A DNA stretch of 64,000 nt from Candidatus Latescibacterota bacterium (GTDB taxonomy: Bacteria > Latescibacterota > UBA2968 > GCA-2709665). Positions within the stretch are counted from its first letter, which is position 1; each line of letters starts with the position of its first letter. The stretch is taken from NCBI GenBank assembly GCA_963667175.2, contig CAXXXF010000015.1:288001-352000 (forward strand), given 5' to 3'. Below the pieces are notes generated by a model. That model was not told the origin of the DNA. It did not search any database and was given only the letters and a program-made list of their open reading frames with translations. Shown piece by piece: positions 26,771 to 37,251 of this stretch. Position numbers and translations under genes: made by a program.

Positions 26771-27961
26771 CTATCCCGTCTCCCCGCAGTACCCCGCCGC
26801 TGTCATCGCGTACACCCGCGCCACCCGCACCAGCTCGTCCACGGACACAGCTTCGGACAGCGTATGCGCCCCTTTCGCGTCCGGTCCGTGGGTCAGCGCC
26901 GGGATACCCGCGAGGGCCGCGTACGCATTGCCGTCGTCCACGAACGGTTTCCCGCCAACCTGCAGTTCTCCTCCCGCAACCGCCGCGTACGCCTTTTGAA
27001 ACGCGTTGACGATTGCGTCATCGCGCGAGATCCTGAACGCGTCTCCCTGTACCTGGAAGTCGACCGCCGCCGGCGTCCCGAACTCCTGCTCGAGCGTGTC
27101 AACCAGCGAACGAAACTCCCTTTCGATCGCTTCCGTACGGCCGGGCGTGACCCATCGCCTCGTGCCCCGAACAGTGCACGCCACCGGCGCCTGGTTGTAG
27201 ATCTCACCGGATTCCATGAGCCCAACAAATACCGTATCGCATCCGGACCAGGGGTCGGTACTTTTTTCCAGCGTACGGTTGAGGTCCCGGAGGCGGCACA
27301 CCAGTTCCGCGCCCGCCCCCAGGACGTCGGGTGTATCCGGCGCTCTAAGGACCTCGTGCACCGGGTCCCCGTCTCTGTGCAGCCCAACCTCGAAAATGGC
27401 CATTCCCCGGCCCGCAAGAGGCAGTCGATCGGCCAGATACTCAGGCAGCATCACAGCGTCGCCCACGTAGCCTTCCGCAACCAGCGCCCGCACCTGTCGA
27501 CGATCTCCCCAGGGTCCTTCGTGGTGGTCGTGCGCGGTGAGCAGCACAGCCCCGCCGGAAAGCGCGTCCGTCTCCCGCAACGCGCGAAGCGCCTCGACCG
27601 CCGCCGCGATGCCGCCCTTCATATCCGAGGCGCCGGAACCGTACAGGACGCCGTCTTCCAGCATGGGCGGCACAAAGGGCAGATGCACCGTATCCAGGTG
27701 CCCGTCGAACTGCAACGTGCGTCCCGGCCGCCCGGTGTCCAGCCGGGCCACGACCGCGGGCGCCTCCGGCCAGTTCGCGTCCGGTCGTTCGACGTGGAAT
27801 CCGTCGCCGGCCAATATGTCTGCCAGGCAATCCGCCGCGGCGCCGGCGCTCCGCGTGGGACTGGGCGCCGCCACCAGCGCCATCGCCGTTTCCACAAGGC
27901 GTTCCCGATTCACCGCGGACCGAATCCTGTCCGTCCGGCCCGCATCCGACGTGTCGTCCAT
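26771..27961 (-). CDS. M20 family metallo-deacylase (ArgE/DapE-like)
   Basis: DGHLDTV, GASDMKGG, C-terminal AHT..E. Confidence 0.88.
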   Translation of the reverse strand: MDDTSDAGRTDRIRSAVNRERLVETAMALVAAPSPTRSAGAAADCLADILAGDGFHVERPDANWPEAPAVVARLDTGRPGRTLQFDGHLDTVHLPFVPPMLEDGVLYGSGASDMKGGIAAAVEALRALRETDALSGGAVLLTAHDHHEGPWGDRRQVRALVAEGYVGDAVMLPEYLADRLPLAGRGMAIFEVGLHRDGDPVHEVLRAPDTPDVLGAGAELVCRLRDLNRTLEKSTDPWSGCDTVFVGLMESGEIYNQAPVACTVRGTRRWVTPGRTEAIEREFRSLVDTLEQEFGTPAAVDFQVQGDAFRISRDDAIVNAFQKAYAAVAGGELQVGGKPFVDDGNAYAALAGIPALTHGPDAKGAHTLSEAVSVDELVRVARVYAMTAAGYCGETG

Positions 27962-28212
27962 GAAGCCCTCCCCGTCCAATGCCCCGGTCTCCTGTACAGC
28001 GCGCGAAAACCAGACGTCGGGCGCTGGAGAAAACGGGAAAAATGGTTGCGCCATACGTAGCGAATGTGGTATACATATACCCTGCCCGCGGCACGTCGCC
28101 GGGGGATCGATGGACAATATAGAGCAACTCCGGCGCACTTCAAGCACACAACAGGGCGCCGCCCGGCGGACCGACCGCCGGTGACCCATTCTTTCGGATT
28201 CGAGGAGGCAAC

Positions 28213-29379
28213 GTGACGCGAGGCAGAGCCGACGACCCCCTTGCGATAACCCTGGGTGTGGAGGAGGAATTCTTCCTGATCGATCCGGCCACGGGCGATC
28301 TTCTCCCGGACCCGGACCGCCGGATTTTCGAGGACTGCGAGAACAACCGGGGCCCCCACAAGGTGGTGGCGGAATTTCTCCGGTCGCAGATAGAAACCAC
28401 GACAAGAGTCTGCCGGTCCGTCGACGAGGTCCGTGAAGCCCTGATGCAGACCCGACGCCTCGTCATCGATGCGGCGGCAAGCCACGGAGCCGCGGTCATG
28501 GCCGCCTCCACACATCCCTTTGCGGCCTGGCACAACCAGGTCGTGACGGCAGGCCGACGCTACGAACAGTTCGCGATGACCTATCAGCAGGCGGTTCGCG
28601 AACTGCTCGTCGGCGGCATGCACGTCCACGCGGGATTCGGCGACGCGGACAGCCGCGTGAGGGTCATGACGGCGCTGCGCCAGCACCTTCCGCTGCTTCA
28701 TGCGCTTTCGGCCTCATCCCCGTTCAGCAGCGGTCGGGAAACCGGGTTCAAGTCCTACAGGATCACCCTGTTCAGCAGTCTGCCGCGCACGGGCCTTCCC
28801 GGCCCGCTGCGCTCCTGGGAGGAATTCGACCGCCTGGTATCGGAATACCAGCGCATGGATTTCATTCGGGACAGCACGGAACTGTGGTGGCACATCCGGC
28901 CGTCCCGGGCCTTTCCCACGGTGGAATTGCGCATCTGCGACATTTGCCACACCATCGACGAGGCGGTTTGCGTCGTGGCTCTATATGCTTCGCTGGTGCG
29001 TCACCTGCTGCGGCTGGACGTGGAGAACCGCCTTCCGCCGGAACCGCCCACCGAGTTGATCGCCGAGAACTGCTGGCTCGCGCAGCGATACGGCGTCCTC
29101 GCGTTCCTGGGCAATACCGGGGGCAAGGGTCGCACGGACATTGACGAACTCGCTCACGCGCTTGTGGACGATCTTGCAGACGATGCACGGGCCCTGGGCT
29201 GCGAGCCGGAACTGCGCCATGCTCTGGACGTGATACGGAACGGTACGGGCGCCGACCGGCAGATCGATCATTTCCGCCTGCGCCGCCTGGAAGGCGATTC
29301 GGAACCGGAAGCCCTGCGGGAAGTCGTCGAACTCGTGGTGGAAGACACCCGGCGCGGCATCCCCGGTCTGACGGCCTAA
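28213..29379 (+). CDS. Carboxylate-amine ligase (YbdK/GCS2 family)
   Basis: TLGVEEE, GMHVH, LSASSPF, IRPS..FPTVELRICD. Confidence 0.92.
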   Translation: MTRGRADDPLAITLGVEEEFFLIDPATGDLLPDPDRRIFEDCENNRGPHKVVAEFLRSQIETTTRVCRSVDEVREALMQTRRLVIDAAASHGAAVMAASTHPFAAWHNQVVTAGRRYEQFAMTYQQAVRELLVGGMHVHAGFGDADSRVRVMTALRQHLPLLHALSASSPFSSGRETGFKSYRITLFSSLPRTGLPGPLRSWEEFDRLVSEYQRMDFIRDSTELWWHIRPSRAFPTVELRICDICHTIDEAVCVVALYASLVRHLLRLDVENRLPPEPPTELIAENCWLAQRYGVLAFLGNTGGKGRTDIDELAHALVDDLADDARALGCEPELRHALDVIRNGTGADRQIDHFRLRRLEGDSEPEALREVVELVVEDTRRGIPGLTA

Positions 29380-29396
29380 CAAAAAGGAAGCATCCA

Positions 29397-30209
29397 TTGT
29401 CTTACCAGGAAGTGATCGCCCAACTCAAGGCGCAGGTCCAGCAAATCGTCCATCAATTGATCGATGCCTCGCCCCGGATCGCCGGCGCGCTTGCCCTGGC
29501 GTTGCTGGGCCTGGCGCTGGCATACCTGGTCCGCGCACTGAGCCGCAGAATGATCGCGGGGCTGGACCGGCTGGTCCCGCGTCTCAGGCTGCTCCGGGGA
29601 CGCGGGGCGGAAGTCATGAACGCCGCCGGCTGGGCCGTCGGTCGTGTGCTCTTCTGGCTGGTTCTGCTCTTTTTTCTCACCGCGGCTACGGAATTGATGG
29701 GGCTGCCGGTCGTGTCCGTCTGGCTGAACGGTATCGTCGCCTATCTGCCGCGGTTCCTTGCAGCCGTCCTGATCGTGTTCGCCGGTCTGGTCGGCGGGCA
29801 GTTTCTCAGGGACGTCATCATGGCGACGGGCTTGTCCTACGCGACGGCCCTTGCCCGCCTCGGCCAGGTGGCGGTGGTGGTCGCAAGCGCCTTGATCGCC
29901 GTGAACCAGGCGGGGCTGAACGTCGACCTGCTGACCAGTGGGCTTCTGCTCGTTTTCGGAATCGCCCTCCTCGGCAGCGCACTGACCTTTGCGCTGGGCG
30001 CCCGTGACACCGTAGCCAACATACTGGCCTCGTACTACCTGCAGAAAACCTACCGGGTTGGCCACCGGGTCAGCATTGAGAACTACCAGGGAGAGATCGT
30101 TCAGATCACAGCCACCGCTGTGGTGCTGGATGCCGATGAGGGGCGGATCTCGGTTCCGGCTTCGGTCTTTGCCGAACAGGCGTCAATTCTGCTCGTAGAG
30201 AGGAAATGA
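29397..30209 (+). CDS. MscS-like / TM_helix-repeat membrane protein
   Basis: TM helices, YLPRFLAA, ALGARDTVAN, beta domain YRVGHRVSI. Confidence 0.8.
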   Translation: MSYQEVIAQLKAQVQQIVHQLIDASPRIAGALALALLGLALAYLVRALSRRMIAGLDRLVPRLRLLRGRGAEVMNAAGWAVGRVLFWLVLLFFLTAATELMGLPVVSVWLNGIVAYLPRFLAAVLIVFAGLVGGQFLRDVIMATGLSYATALARLGQVAVVVASALIAVNQAGLNVDLLTSGLLLVFGIALLGSALTFALGARDTVANILASYYLQKTYRVGHRVSIENYQGEIVQITATAVVLDADEGRISVPASVFAEQASILLVERK

Positions 30210-30213
30210 GGCG

Positions 30214-31056
30214 ATGGACCGGACGTCGAATGTGATTCATCATTTCATCCGCGCCCATGCGGCGGAAGCCGCCCGCGTATTGGAAAACTGCTCTCTGGAC
30301 GATCTGGCGGCCTTTTTTCTCGAGACCCCGACCGATCTGGCGACCTCCCTGTTCAACACGATGGAATCGAGCATTGCGGTGGCCTGTCTGGAGCGTATGC
30401 CGGCGGGAGAAGCCGGCAGCGCCATGGGCGGGTTGCCGGCGGACCGTGCGGCGCACCTCCTTCGCCGGATGAAGCAGGAGACGAAGGAGGCGATTCTGGA
30501 AGCGTTGCCCGCCGAATTCACCAGGCATCTGAATCGCCTGCTGCGTTACCGTGACGAGACCGCGGGCGCCCTGATGGAGTCGCTGGTTTTCACGGTCCCG
30601 CCGGAAATCTCCGCCGGCGAGGCGCTGGACCGATTGCGGACAAGCCCGGCCCGCGTTCTGTATTACCTGTATGCGGTGGATCGAGACCAGACACTGGAGG
30701 GCGTTATCAGTCTCAGGGAACTTCTGGGCGCAGACGAAGGGAGTTCCGTCGCTTCGATCATGCGCAGGGAGGTGATGTTCCTGCGGACGGAAGATTCGCT
30801 GGCTTCGGTGCTCGTCCATCCGTCCTGGATCGAAGTTCACACCCTGCCCGTACTCGACGAGCAGGGCCTGTTCGCCGGGGCGCTGCGCCACAAGACCCTC
30901 TGCCAACGGGCCGGGCACACGGATCGGCTCTTGCTCCCCGGCCAGGCAGGAACGGCGCTGGGAGAATTGTATCGCATCGGACTGTCGGCCCTGGCCAAAA
31001 GCGCCCTCGGGGCGGAAGACCTCCATCCGTCCGTTGCAGGTCATCCGGGGCGTTAG
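30214..31056 (+). CDS. MgtE N-terminal/CBS domain protein (soluble)
   Basis: Y..ETAGALM, LYAVD...LEGVISLRELL, LPVLDE. Confidence 0.85.
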   Translation: MDRTSNVIHHFIRAHAAEAARVLENCSLDDLAAFFLETPTDLATSLFNTMESSIAVACLERMPAGEAGSAMGGLPADRAAHLLRRMKQETKEAILEALPAEFTRHLNRLLRYRDETAGALMESLVFTVPPEISAGEALDRLRTSPARVLYYLYAVDRDQTLEGVISLRELLGADEGSSVASIMRREVMFLRTEDSLASVLVHPSWIEVHTLPVLDEQGLFAGALRHKTLCQRAGHTDRLLLPGQAGTALGELYRIGLSALAKSALGAEDLHPSVAGHPGR

Positions 31057-31087
31057 CGCGCTGTCCCGGATTCGAAAGGAGTGCCTG

Positions 31088-32407
31088 ATGTTGGAAAACA
31101 CGAAGGCCTCTCAGGCCCTTATTCGCGCCTTTTTTCGACTCCATCCGGGAGAAGCCGCCCGTGCGCTGGCCTCGACGCCCGTCCCCGAGGCTCTCGACCT
31201 GCTTGAAACCCAGGCTGGCGACCGGGCCGCGAAGGTCTTCGAACGCCTGGATCCGGATCGAGCCGTGGCACTCATGGAACACATGGAGGAACCCCTGTTC
31301 CGGAGGCTCTGGGGGGCGATGGACGAAGGGGTCGCCGCCTCACTCCTGGCCCGGCTGTCGCCGGAGATCCGTTCCGCGCGTCTTTCTTCGCTGCCCGTCA
31401 GGTTGGCTGACGAAATGAAGGAGCTGATGAGCTACCCGCCCGGGTCGGCCGGCCAGATCATGGATTGCTCGGTCACCGTCTTCAGCGCCGAGGAGACCGC
31501 GGAGGAAGCGCTCACCCGCATCCGCTCGTTTCCGGAGCGCCGCATTCTGGATCTGTGTGTGGTGGATGATGACGGGAAGCTGACCGCGGTGCTTTCGCTT
31601 CAGGAAGTCGCGGTCGCCCAGCCCGACGACCGACTTGGACAACTCGCGCATGGCCCGCCTGTCTGCGTTCAGGCCATGTCATCGCGGGAGGAAGTCGTGG
31701 AACTGCTCGATGCCCACAAATTGGCCTCGCTGCCAGTGATCGGCGGGATCGACGGCCCGCTTTGCGGAATCATCCGGCACGATGCCCTCGTATCGGCCGC
31801 CCGGCACGAGGCAAGCGAAAACGTGCAGACGATGGTGGGCGCCGGGAGGGACGAACGCGCCCTTTCCGGGCCGGCGCTTGCCGTGCGCAACCGGCTGCCG
31901 TGGCTGCAGGTCAATCTGGGCACGGCCTTTCTGGCCGCCGCGGCGGTCGCCCTGTTCGAGGATACCATCGCCAGGTTTACCGCGCTGGCTGTTTTTCTGC
32001 CGGTCGTCGCGGGACAGGCGGGAAATACAGGCGCGCAGGCCCTCGCCGTTACGTCCCGCGGCCTGGCGCTGCGCGAATTCAGGCCGCGACGATGGTTTCC
32101 CGTTGCCCGCAAGGAACTGCTGGCCGGGTTTGTCAACGGACTCGCCGTGGCGCTGGTCGCGTCTCTGGCAGCCTACCTGTGGTCCGGAACCGCCGGGCTT
32201 CCCCTCGTTCTGGGCGTGTCCATGGTGTTTTCCATGTCCATGGCCAGTCTCACCGGGGCGCTCATTCCCATTGTGCTTACGGCTTTGGGAAAGGATCCGG
32301 CGCAGTCGGCGTCGATCTTCCTGACCACCGTAACCGACGTCATCGGGTTCGTCAGCTTTCTGGGCCTGGCCACTCTGATTGCCCGGTCTTTCGGCATGGC
32401 CCTGTAG
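31088..32407 (+). CDS. mgtE: Magnesium transporter MgtE
   Basis: CBS pair, RLPWL.VNL, PVVAGQAGNTGAQ, DPAQSA...TTVTD. Confidence 0.9.
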   Translation: MLENTKASQALIRAFFRLHPGEAARALASTPVPEALDLLETQAGDRAAKVFERLDPDRAVALMEHMEEPLFRRLWGAMDEGVAASLLARLSPEIRSARLSSLPVRLADEMKELMSYPPGSAGQIMDCSVTVFSAEETAEEALTRIRSFPERRILDLCVVDDDGKLTAVLSLQEVAVAQPDDRLGQLAHGPPVCVQAMSSREEVVELLDAHKLASLPVIGGIDGPLCGIIRHDALVSAARHEASENVQTMVGAGRDERALSGPALAVRNRLPWLQVNLGTAFLAAAAVALFEDTIARFTALAVFLPVVAGQAGNTGAQALAVTSRGLALREFRPRRWFPVARKELLAGFVNGLAVALVASLAAYLWSGTAGLPLVLGVSMVFSMSMASLTGALIPIVLTALGKDPAQSASIFLTTVTDVIGFVSFLGLATLIARSFGMAL

Positions 32408-32658
32408 CGTAAGGAAGAAGGAAGAAGGAAAACCGGTTGGTCCTCGTGCGGTTTATCCATCGTATCCTGAAAGGTGGCCTGCCGGCGGACAAACACTCGT
32501 TGGAACCGGGTTCCGGGCGGTCCTGGACTCTCGTGCCGGACGGACTCGCGCGGAAAAGCCCCGTCTCCGCCACCGGACGCGTGATAGGGATGTCGTGAAG
32601 GACAGCCGTGAGGTTTCGCGGTTTTGGCGCGCAGGGATCCGCAGAGGCTTTTCCTGAT

Positions 32659-32704
32659 TTTGCTCCCCCTCTCCCCCCGGGAGAGGGGGCTGGGGGGAGA
32701 GGTC
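32659..32704. repeat. REP-like C/G-run hairpin, second copy
   Basis: 45/46 identical to 17046-17091. Confidence 0.8.
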
Positions 32705-32707
32705 GCG

Positions 32708-33484
32708 CTATTTCCCGCCCCCACGATCTGGCTTCAACGTCCCGATCAACTCGATGACGTCGTCCGTAACGTCCATCACATGTACCCCCGCGGGCACGAC
32801 AAATTCGAATTTCCCTTCGTCGAACGTCACGTTTGTTTTCATTGTTTCAAACTGCCGCGACAGCAGTTCCCGGCCCTGCGCGTCAAAGTACCTCGTCTCC
32901 CGTAACAGACCATCCTCCGGGTGGACCGAGAAACGGACCCTGGCCGGCCGTTCCGGCAGGTCCGCATACAACAGCGTGACCTCGGGTACTGCCTCGAACA
33001 CGCGAAGAATCTCACCCTTCAACGTGTCCGTCCCGGAATAGCGGATCGACTTCCATTTCAGCGACCGGAAGGGCCGCAAGGGATTCGGCTGGTCCGCGTC
33101 CGCCTCCACCTGCGTCGCCCGATAGACCCGTGCCGCGTTGACACGGTAGACGATTTTCTCCTCGGGGTCGTACCGCCACAGCAGGCTGCCGTCCGATACA
33201 ATCGTCTGACGAATCCGGCCGGCCAGCACACGCGCCAGGCGCATCCTGACCGGCGCCTGTATAGAGATATCGTCCAGAATCTCAAATTGCTCGCCTTCCA
33301 CCGTCAGCAGCGTTCTGACCCGCGTTTCACAGGTCTTTACCGATTTCAGCTTTTCCTGAATCACGACCATCAGACCATCGGTTTTGGAATCGCCGGTTGA
33401 CATTTTTTCCGCGCTCGCCCTTCCTCCCATTGCCGTCATGCACAGCGCGAAACAGACCGCCAGCGTTATCCGAACGGGAACCAT
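32708..33484 (-). CDS. LolA-like outer-membrane lipoprotein carrier
   Basis: Signal peptide, IVSDGSLLWRYDP, C-terminal FEFVVPAGVHVMD. Confidence 0.8.
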   Translation of the reverse strand: MVPVRITLAVCFALCMTAMGGRASAEKMSTGDSKTDGLMVVIQEKLKSVKTCETRVRTLLTVEGEQFEILDDISIQAPVRMRLARVLAGRIRQTIVSDGSLLWRYDPEEKIVYRVNAARVYRATQVEADADQPNPLRPFRSLKWKSIRYSGTDTLKGEILRVFEAVPEVTLLYADLPERPARVRFSVHPEDGLLRETRYFDAQGRELLSRQFETMKTNVTFDEGKFEFVVPAGVHVMDVTDDVIELIGTLKPDRGGGK

Positions 33485-33550
33485 GACGAAACTCCTTTCA
33501 CGGCCGACAGGTTGCGAACTCCTGCCCTCGCATCCATCGTCGGACGCCCG

Positions 33551-34291
33551 CTACAATTTACGGAAGATCACTCCCACAACCAGCCCCGCGGCCAGCGCCA
33601 CGACAACCGAGACCACGCCGTACAAACCGCCGTTCCGGAAGGCGACGTTGGAAATCACCCGAACAATCCCGGTTTTTTCGACGGAAAACATCCGGACCGT
33701 CTCCGAAACCGGGAGGTGTTCCCGGAAGCAATAGAGTGTCGCGCGATAGGTTCCGGGGCGAACTGCTGCCGGAATCGGGAACTCCGTTCGAAACACGTCG
33801 AATGCGCCTTCCCCGTCCGACAACTCAATGGACTCAGGTCGCACCGCGTAGAATCCGCGTTGGGTCTCCAGGCGCAGGAACTCGTTGAACACGAATCCGT
33901 CATCGCCGGGAGGGGACTGTTCGATGGCGACCCTTTGCCGAAGCGCGTCAACTCCCTCCCCGATGGCTTCCAACTGCCGTGCGACGTCCGACGAATCGCT
34001 CGAAGCGGCGATCGCATAAAGGCCCGGCAGCGAGTCGAAGACGACACGGCCTGTGCTCATCCACAAAGGGCCGCGCCTTTCCTTTTTGCGATAGGCGACG
34101 GCGCGCGGTTCCCCATCCAGTTTCAAAACGACCCGGCAATCTTTCGGAACCGCCCCGGTTGCGACAAGCCTTGCACCCCGGAAGAAAAGGTCGACGTCTA
34201 CGCGCGAAGGAGACAGCTGGAGCGACGGTTCCGCCGCGCAGGGCGCGGAAAGAAGCGTCGTCAACAACCAGACCCAGACCCGGCCGGTCAT
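33551..34291 (-). CDS. TIGR02186-like membrane protein (partner of TauE)
   Basis: FRGA.L, RKKER.GPLW, LYGVV; overlaps the TauE gene. Confidence 0.8.
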   Translation of the reverse strand: MTGRVWVWLLTTLLSAPCAAEPSLQLSPSRVDVDLFFRGARLVATGAVPKDCRVVLKLDGEPRAVAYRKKERRGPLWMSTGRVVFDSLPGLYAIAASSDSSDVARQLEAIGEGVDALRQRVAIEQSPPGDDGFVFNEFLRLETQRGFYAVRPESIELSDGEGAFDVFRTEFPIPAAVRPGTYRATLYCFREHLPVSETVRMFSVEKTGIVRVISNVAFRNGGLYGVVSVVVALAAGLVVGVIFRKL

Positions 34292-35280
34292 CCGCGACCT
34301 CCCCGGACGCTAAGCAGAACAGGGGGTTCCGAGAGAAGTTCGATCAGCATGATCCCCATCACCAGGAGCACAATCGCCGCGAGAAACATCTTGAACTGCT
34401 CCGCCCCGAGGCGCCGGCCGATCCGCACACCCGCCTGCGTCCCCAGCGTCGAGCCCGCAAGCAGCATCAAGGCAAGCACGAAGTCCACGGTATGATTCGT
34501 ATAGGCATGCAAGAGGGTCACGTTGATGCAGGTAAACATCACCTGCAGCAGGCTGGTCCCGACCACCACCGGCATGGGCATCTTCAACACGTACAGCATT
34601 GTCGGTACCATAATGAAGCCGCCGCCCACCCCCATAATCGCGGCGAGCATACCCACCAGGATTCCGAGGCTCAGCGGAACCAGCACGGACATGGTCGTAC
34701 CGGCTGTTTCGAACCGAATTCTCCACGGCAGCGCCCGGTTGAGCCCGGAGAACCAGGACGCCACTCGCGCCATCCGGTTCACCAGGGCCAGAGGACGTTC
34801 CGCCCAGGTAATCCGGAATTCCTCTCTCGGGCGGCCCGCCGCCTTTGCCGCTGTTCCCGCGCGCAACCCCACGAACCCGTCCACAAACATAATGCCGCCC
34901 ACCGACGCCAGCATGAGCACGTAGCTGATATGGATGACCAGGTCCGCGCTCCCGACGGCCCGCAGCGCCTTGATCAGTTGCACGCCTGCCGTACCGCCGG
35001 CGCCCCCCCCCACAATCAGAACGGCAGCCATCCGCAGATCGACGTTTTTCAACCTCCAGTGGGCATAGACGCCGGACGCCGAGGCCGCCACGATCTGATT
35101 GGCGTCGGATGCCGCGGCAATCGTGGGCGGGATTCCGATCATAATCAGCAGAGGCGTCAGCAGAAACCCCCCGCCCACGCCGAACAGACCGGAAAGCACA
35201 CCCACGCCGGCTCCCAGCGTCAACAGAAGCCACAAATTGACGCTCGTGCCCGCAATAGGCAGATACAAGGAGAGATCCAC
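34288..35280 (-). CDS. Sulfite exporter TauE/SafE family protein
   Basis: YLPIAG, SGLFGVGGGFLLTP, MGVGGGFIMVP. Confidence 0.92.
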   Translation of the reverse strand: MDLSLYLPIAGTSVNLWLLLTLGAGVGVLSGLFGVGGGFLLTPLLIMIGIPPTIAAASDANQIVAASASGVYAHWRLKNVDLRMAAVLIVGGGAGGTAGVQLIKALRAVGSADLVIHISYVLMLASVGGIMFVDGFVGLRAGTAAKAAGRPREEFRITWAERPLALVNRMARVASWFSGLNRALPWRIRFETAGTTMSVLVPLSLGILVGMLAAIMGVGGGFIMVPTMLYVLKMPMPVVVGTSLLQVMFTCINVTLLHAYTNHTVDFVLALMLLAGSTLGTQAGVRIGRRLGAEQFKMFLAAIVLLVMGIMLIELLSEPPVLLSVRGGRG

Positions 35281-35554
35281 GCCGTCCTCCTGAAAAACGC
35301 GCTACGAGACGCGAAAGAGACAGATCTCATAATCTCCCACGCGCGGTGAAAAGTCAAGCGGAAACCCGGGTTCAACGTCCGCCCCGGACGCAGGGATCTC
35401 CGCCGGAACGGGGCCCGACCGGGGCAGGAAAGACCGCGGTCGCCCAGTGCTCAGGCCGTTCCAATTTCTCTTTCAAATTCAATCTGCAGACCTTAGATTT
35501 CGATCCGGTTATCCATACGCGCCACCCGTTGCTTCTTCGCTGAGGAGAGGGTCC

Positions 35555-37231
35555 ATGCCTCGCCTGACCGGCGGCCGGTTCATCGCTGAGACGTTTCACG
35601 GATATGGCATTACCCATGTGTTTTTCATGCCCGTGATCGCGCCTCGCGCCCTGATGGAAATGGAACGGCTGGGAATCCGGCGCATTATGACCCACGGCGA
35701 GAAAAGCGCGGCCTATATGGCCGACGCCTATGCGCGCGTCCGCCGGGGCGCGGGCATCTGCATGGCGCAATCCGTTGGCGCCGCAAACCTCGCTGCCGGG
35801 TTGCAGGACGCGTACCTCGCCTGTTCTCCGGTTATCGCCGTCACCGGGCGTCAGACCCAGATCAACCGGCACCGGCACGCGTACCAGGAAGTGGACCACG
35901 TTGCGCCGTTCGATGCCGTCACGAAATACAACGTTCTGGTGGACCGGCCCGAGCAGTTGCCCTATTTCCTCCGGCAGGCCTTCAGGGAAGCCACGACCGC
36001 AACGCCCGGGCCCGTGCACCTCGACATGGCGGGATTCATCGGCGAGGTGGTCGTGAACGACGAAGCCGTTCTGGACGTGGTCGCCGAAGAACCCTTCGCC
36101 CAACTGCCCCCCTTCCGGCCCCAGCCCGATCCGGAAGCCGTTCGCAGGGCGATCGATCTGCTCGCGGCCGCGGAACGGCCGATACTCGTCGCCGGCGGAG
36201 GAGTCATCGCGTCGGGCGCCGGGGCGGAGCTTCAGGCATTCGCGGAGAAGCTCGCCATTCCGGTCGCAACGTCGTTGAACGCCAAAGAGGCCCTTCCCTA
36301 TAACCATCCCCTCGGCGTGGGCGTCTGCGGGCTGTACTCCCGCGAATGCGCGAACCGCGCCGTTTGCGAGGCCGACCTGGTCTTCTTTATCGGAAGCCAC
36401 ACCGGCGGACAGGTCACGAACGACTGGACGGTCCCCCCGGCCGGCACCCATGTCATTCAGCTCGACCTCAACCCGGCGGAAATCGGACGCTCCTACCCGA
36501 TCCGCCTCGGGATTCAGGCCGACGCCAAAGCCGGTCTGTCGAAGCTGATCGACGCCGCGGCCGCGGCCGTCACGCGCGACGACTGGACGTCGCGCGTCCG
36601 ACAACTCACCGCACAGTGGCGGGAAAGCGTGGCCCCGTTCGCCAACTCGGACGAAGTGCCCATCCGTCCGGAGCGCCTCTGCCGGGAACTCACCCGGCGC
36701 CTGCCCTCCGACGCCATTCTCGTTTCCGATACCGGACACGCCGGAATCTGGACCGGCGCCATGATCGATCTCAACCACCCGCGTCAGTCCTACATCCGAT
36801 GCTCCGGCTCCCTCGGCTGGGGCGTTCCCGCGGCCGTCGGCGCCCGGTGCGCCGCTCCGGACCGCCCCGTCGTGTGCTTTACGGGCGACGGCGGCATCTG
36901 GTATCACGTCACGGAACTGGACACGGCCGTTCGAAACGACATTCCCGTTGTGATCGTGGTGAACAACAACCATTCCCTGAACCAGGAAAAGGGAATCAAC
37001 GAAGATATCTACGGAGGCCCGGAACCGGGGTCCGACGAACTCTGGCACATGACCGACGGAGACTTTGCGAAAATGGCGGAATCGATGGGCTGTTTGGGCA
37101 GCACGGTCCGGCGGGCAGCGGAGTTCGGGAGCGCCCTGGAACAGGCGATCGGGTCGGGACGACCCGCCGTTATCGACGTCAAAACCCACATTGACGGGAT
37201 CGCGCCGCAGGCCTGGTCGCCGCCGGACTGA
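35555..37231 (+). CDS. Thiamine pyrophosphate-binding enzyme (acetolactate synthase-like)
   Basis: HGEKSAAYMADAYAR, PGPVHL, GDGG...NN. Confidence 0.9.
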   Translation: MPRLTGGRFIAETFHGYGITHVFFMPVIAPRALMEMERLGIRRIMTHGEKSAAYMADAYARVRRGAGICMAQSVGAANLAAGLQDAYLACSPVIAVTGRQTQINRHRHAYQEVDHVAPFDAVTKYNVLVDRPEQLPYFLRQAFREATTATPGPVHLDMAGFIGEVVVNDEAVLDVVAEEPFAQLPPFRPQPDPEAVRRAIDLLAAAERPILVAGGGVIASGAGAELQAFAEKLAIPVATSLNAKEALPYNHPLGVGVCGLYSRECANRAVCEADLVFFIGSHTGGQVTNDWTVPPAGTHVIQLDLNPAEIGRSYPIRLGIQADAKAGLSKLIDAAAAAVTRDDWTSRVRQLTAQWRESVAPFANSDEVPIRPERLCRELTRRLPSDAILVSDTGHAGIWTGAMIDLNHPRQSYIRCSGSLGWGVPAAVGARCAAPDRPVVCFTGDGGIWYHVTELDTAVRNDIPVVIVVNNNHSLNQEKGINEDIYGGPEPGSDELWHMTDGDFAKMAESMGCLGSTVRRAAEFGSALEQAIGSGRPAVIDVKTHIDGIAPQAWSPPD

Positions 37232-37251
37232 AACGGGAAGGGGATGCCCCT

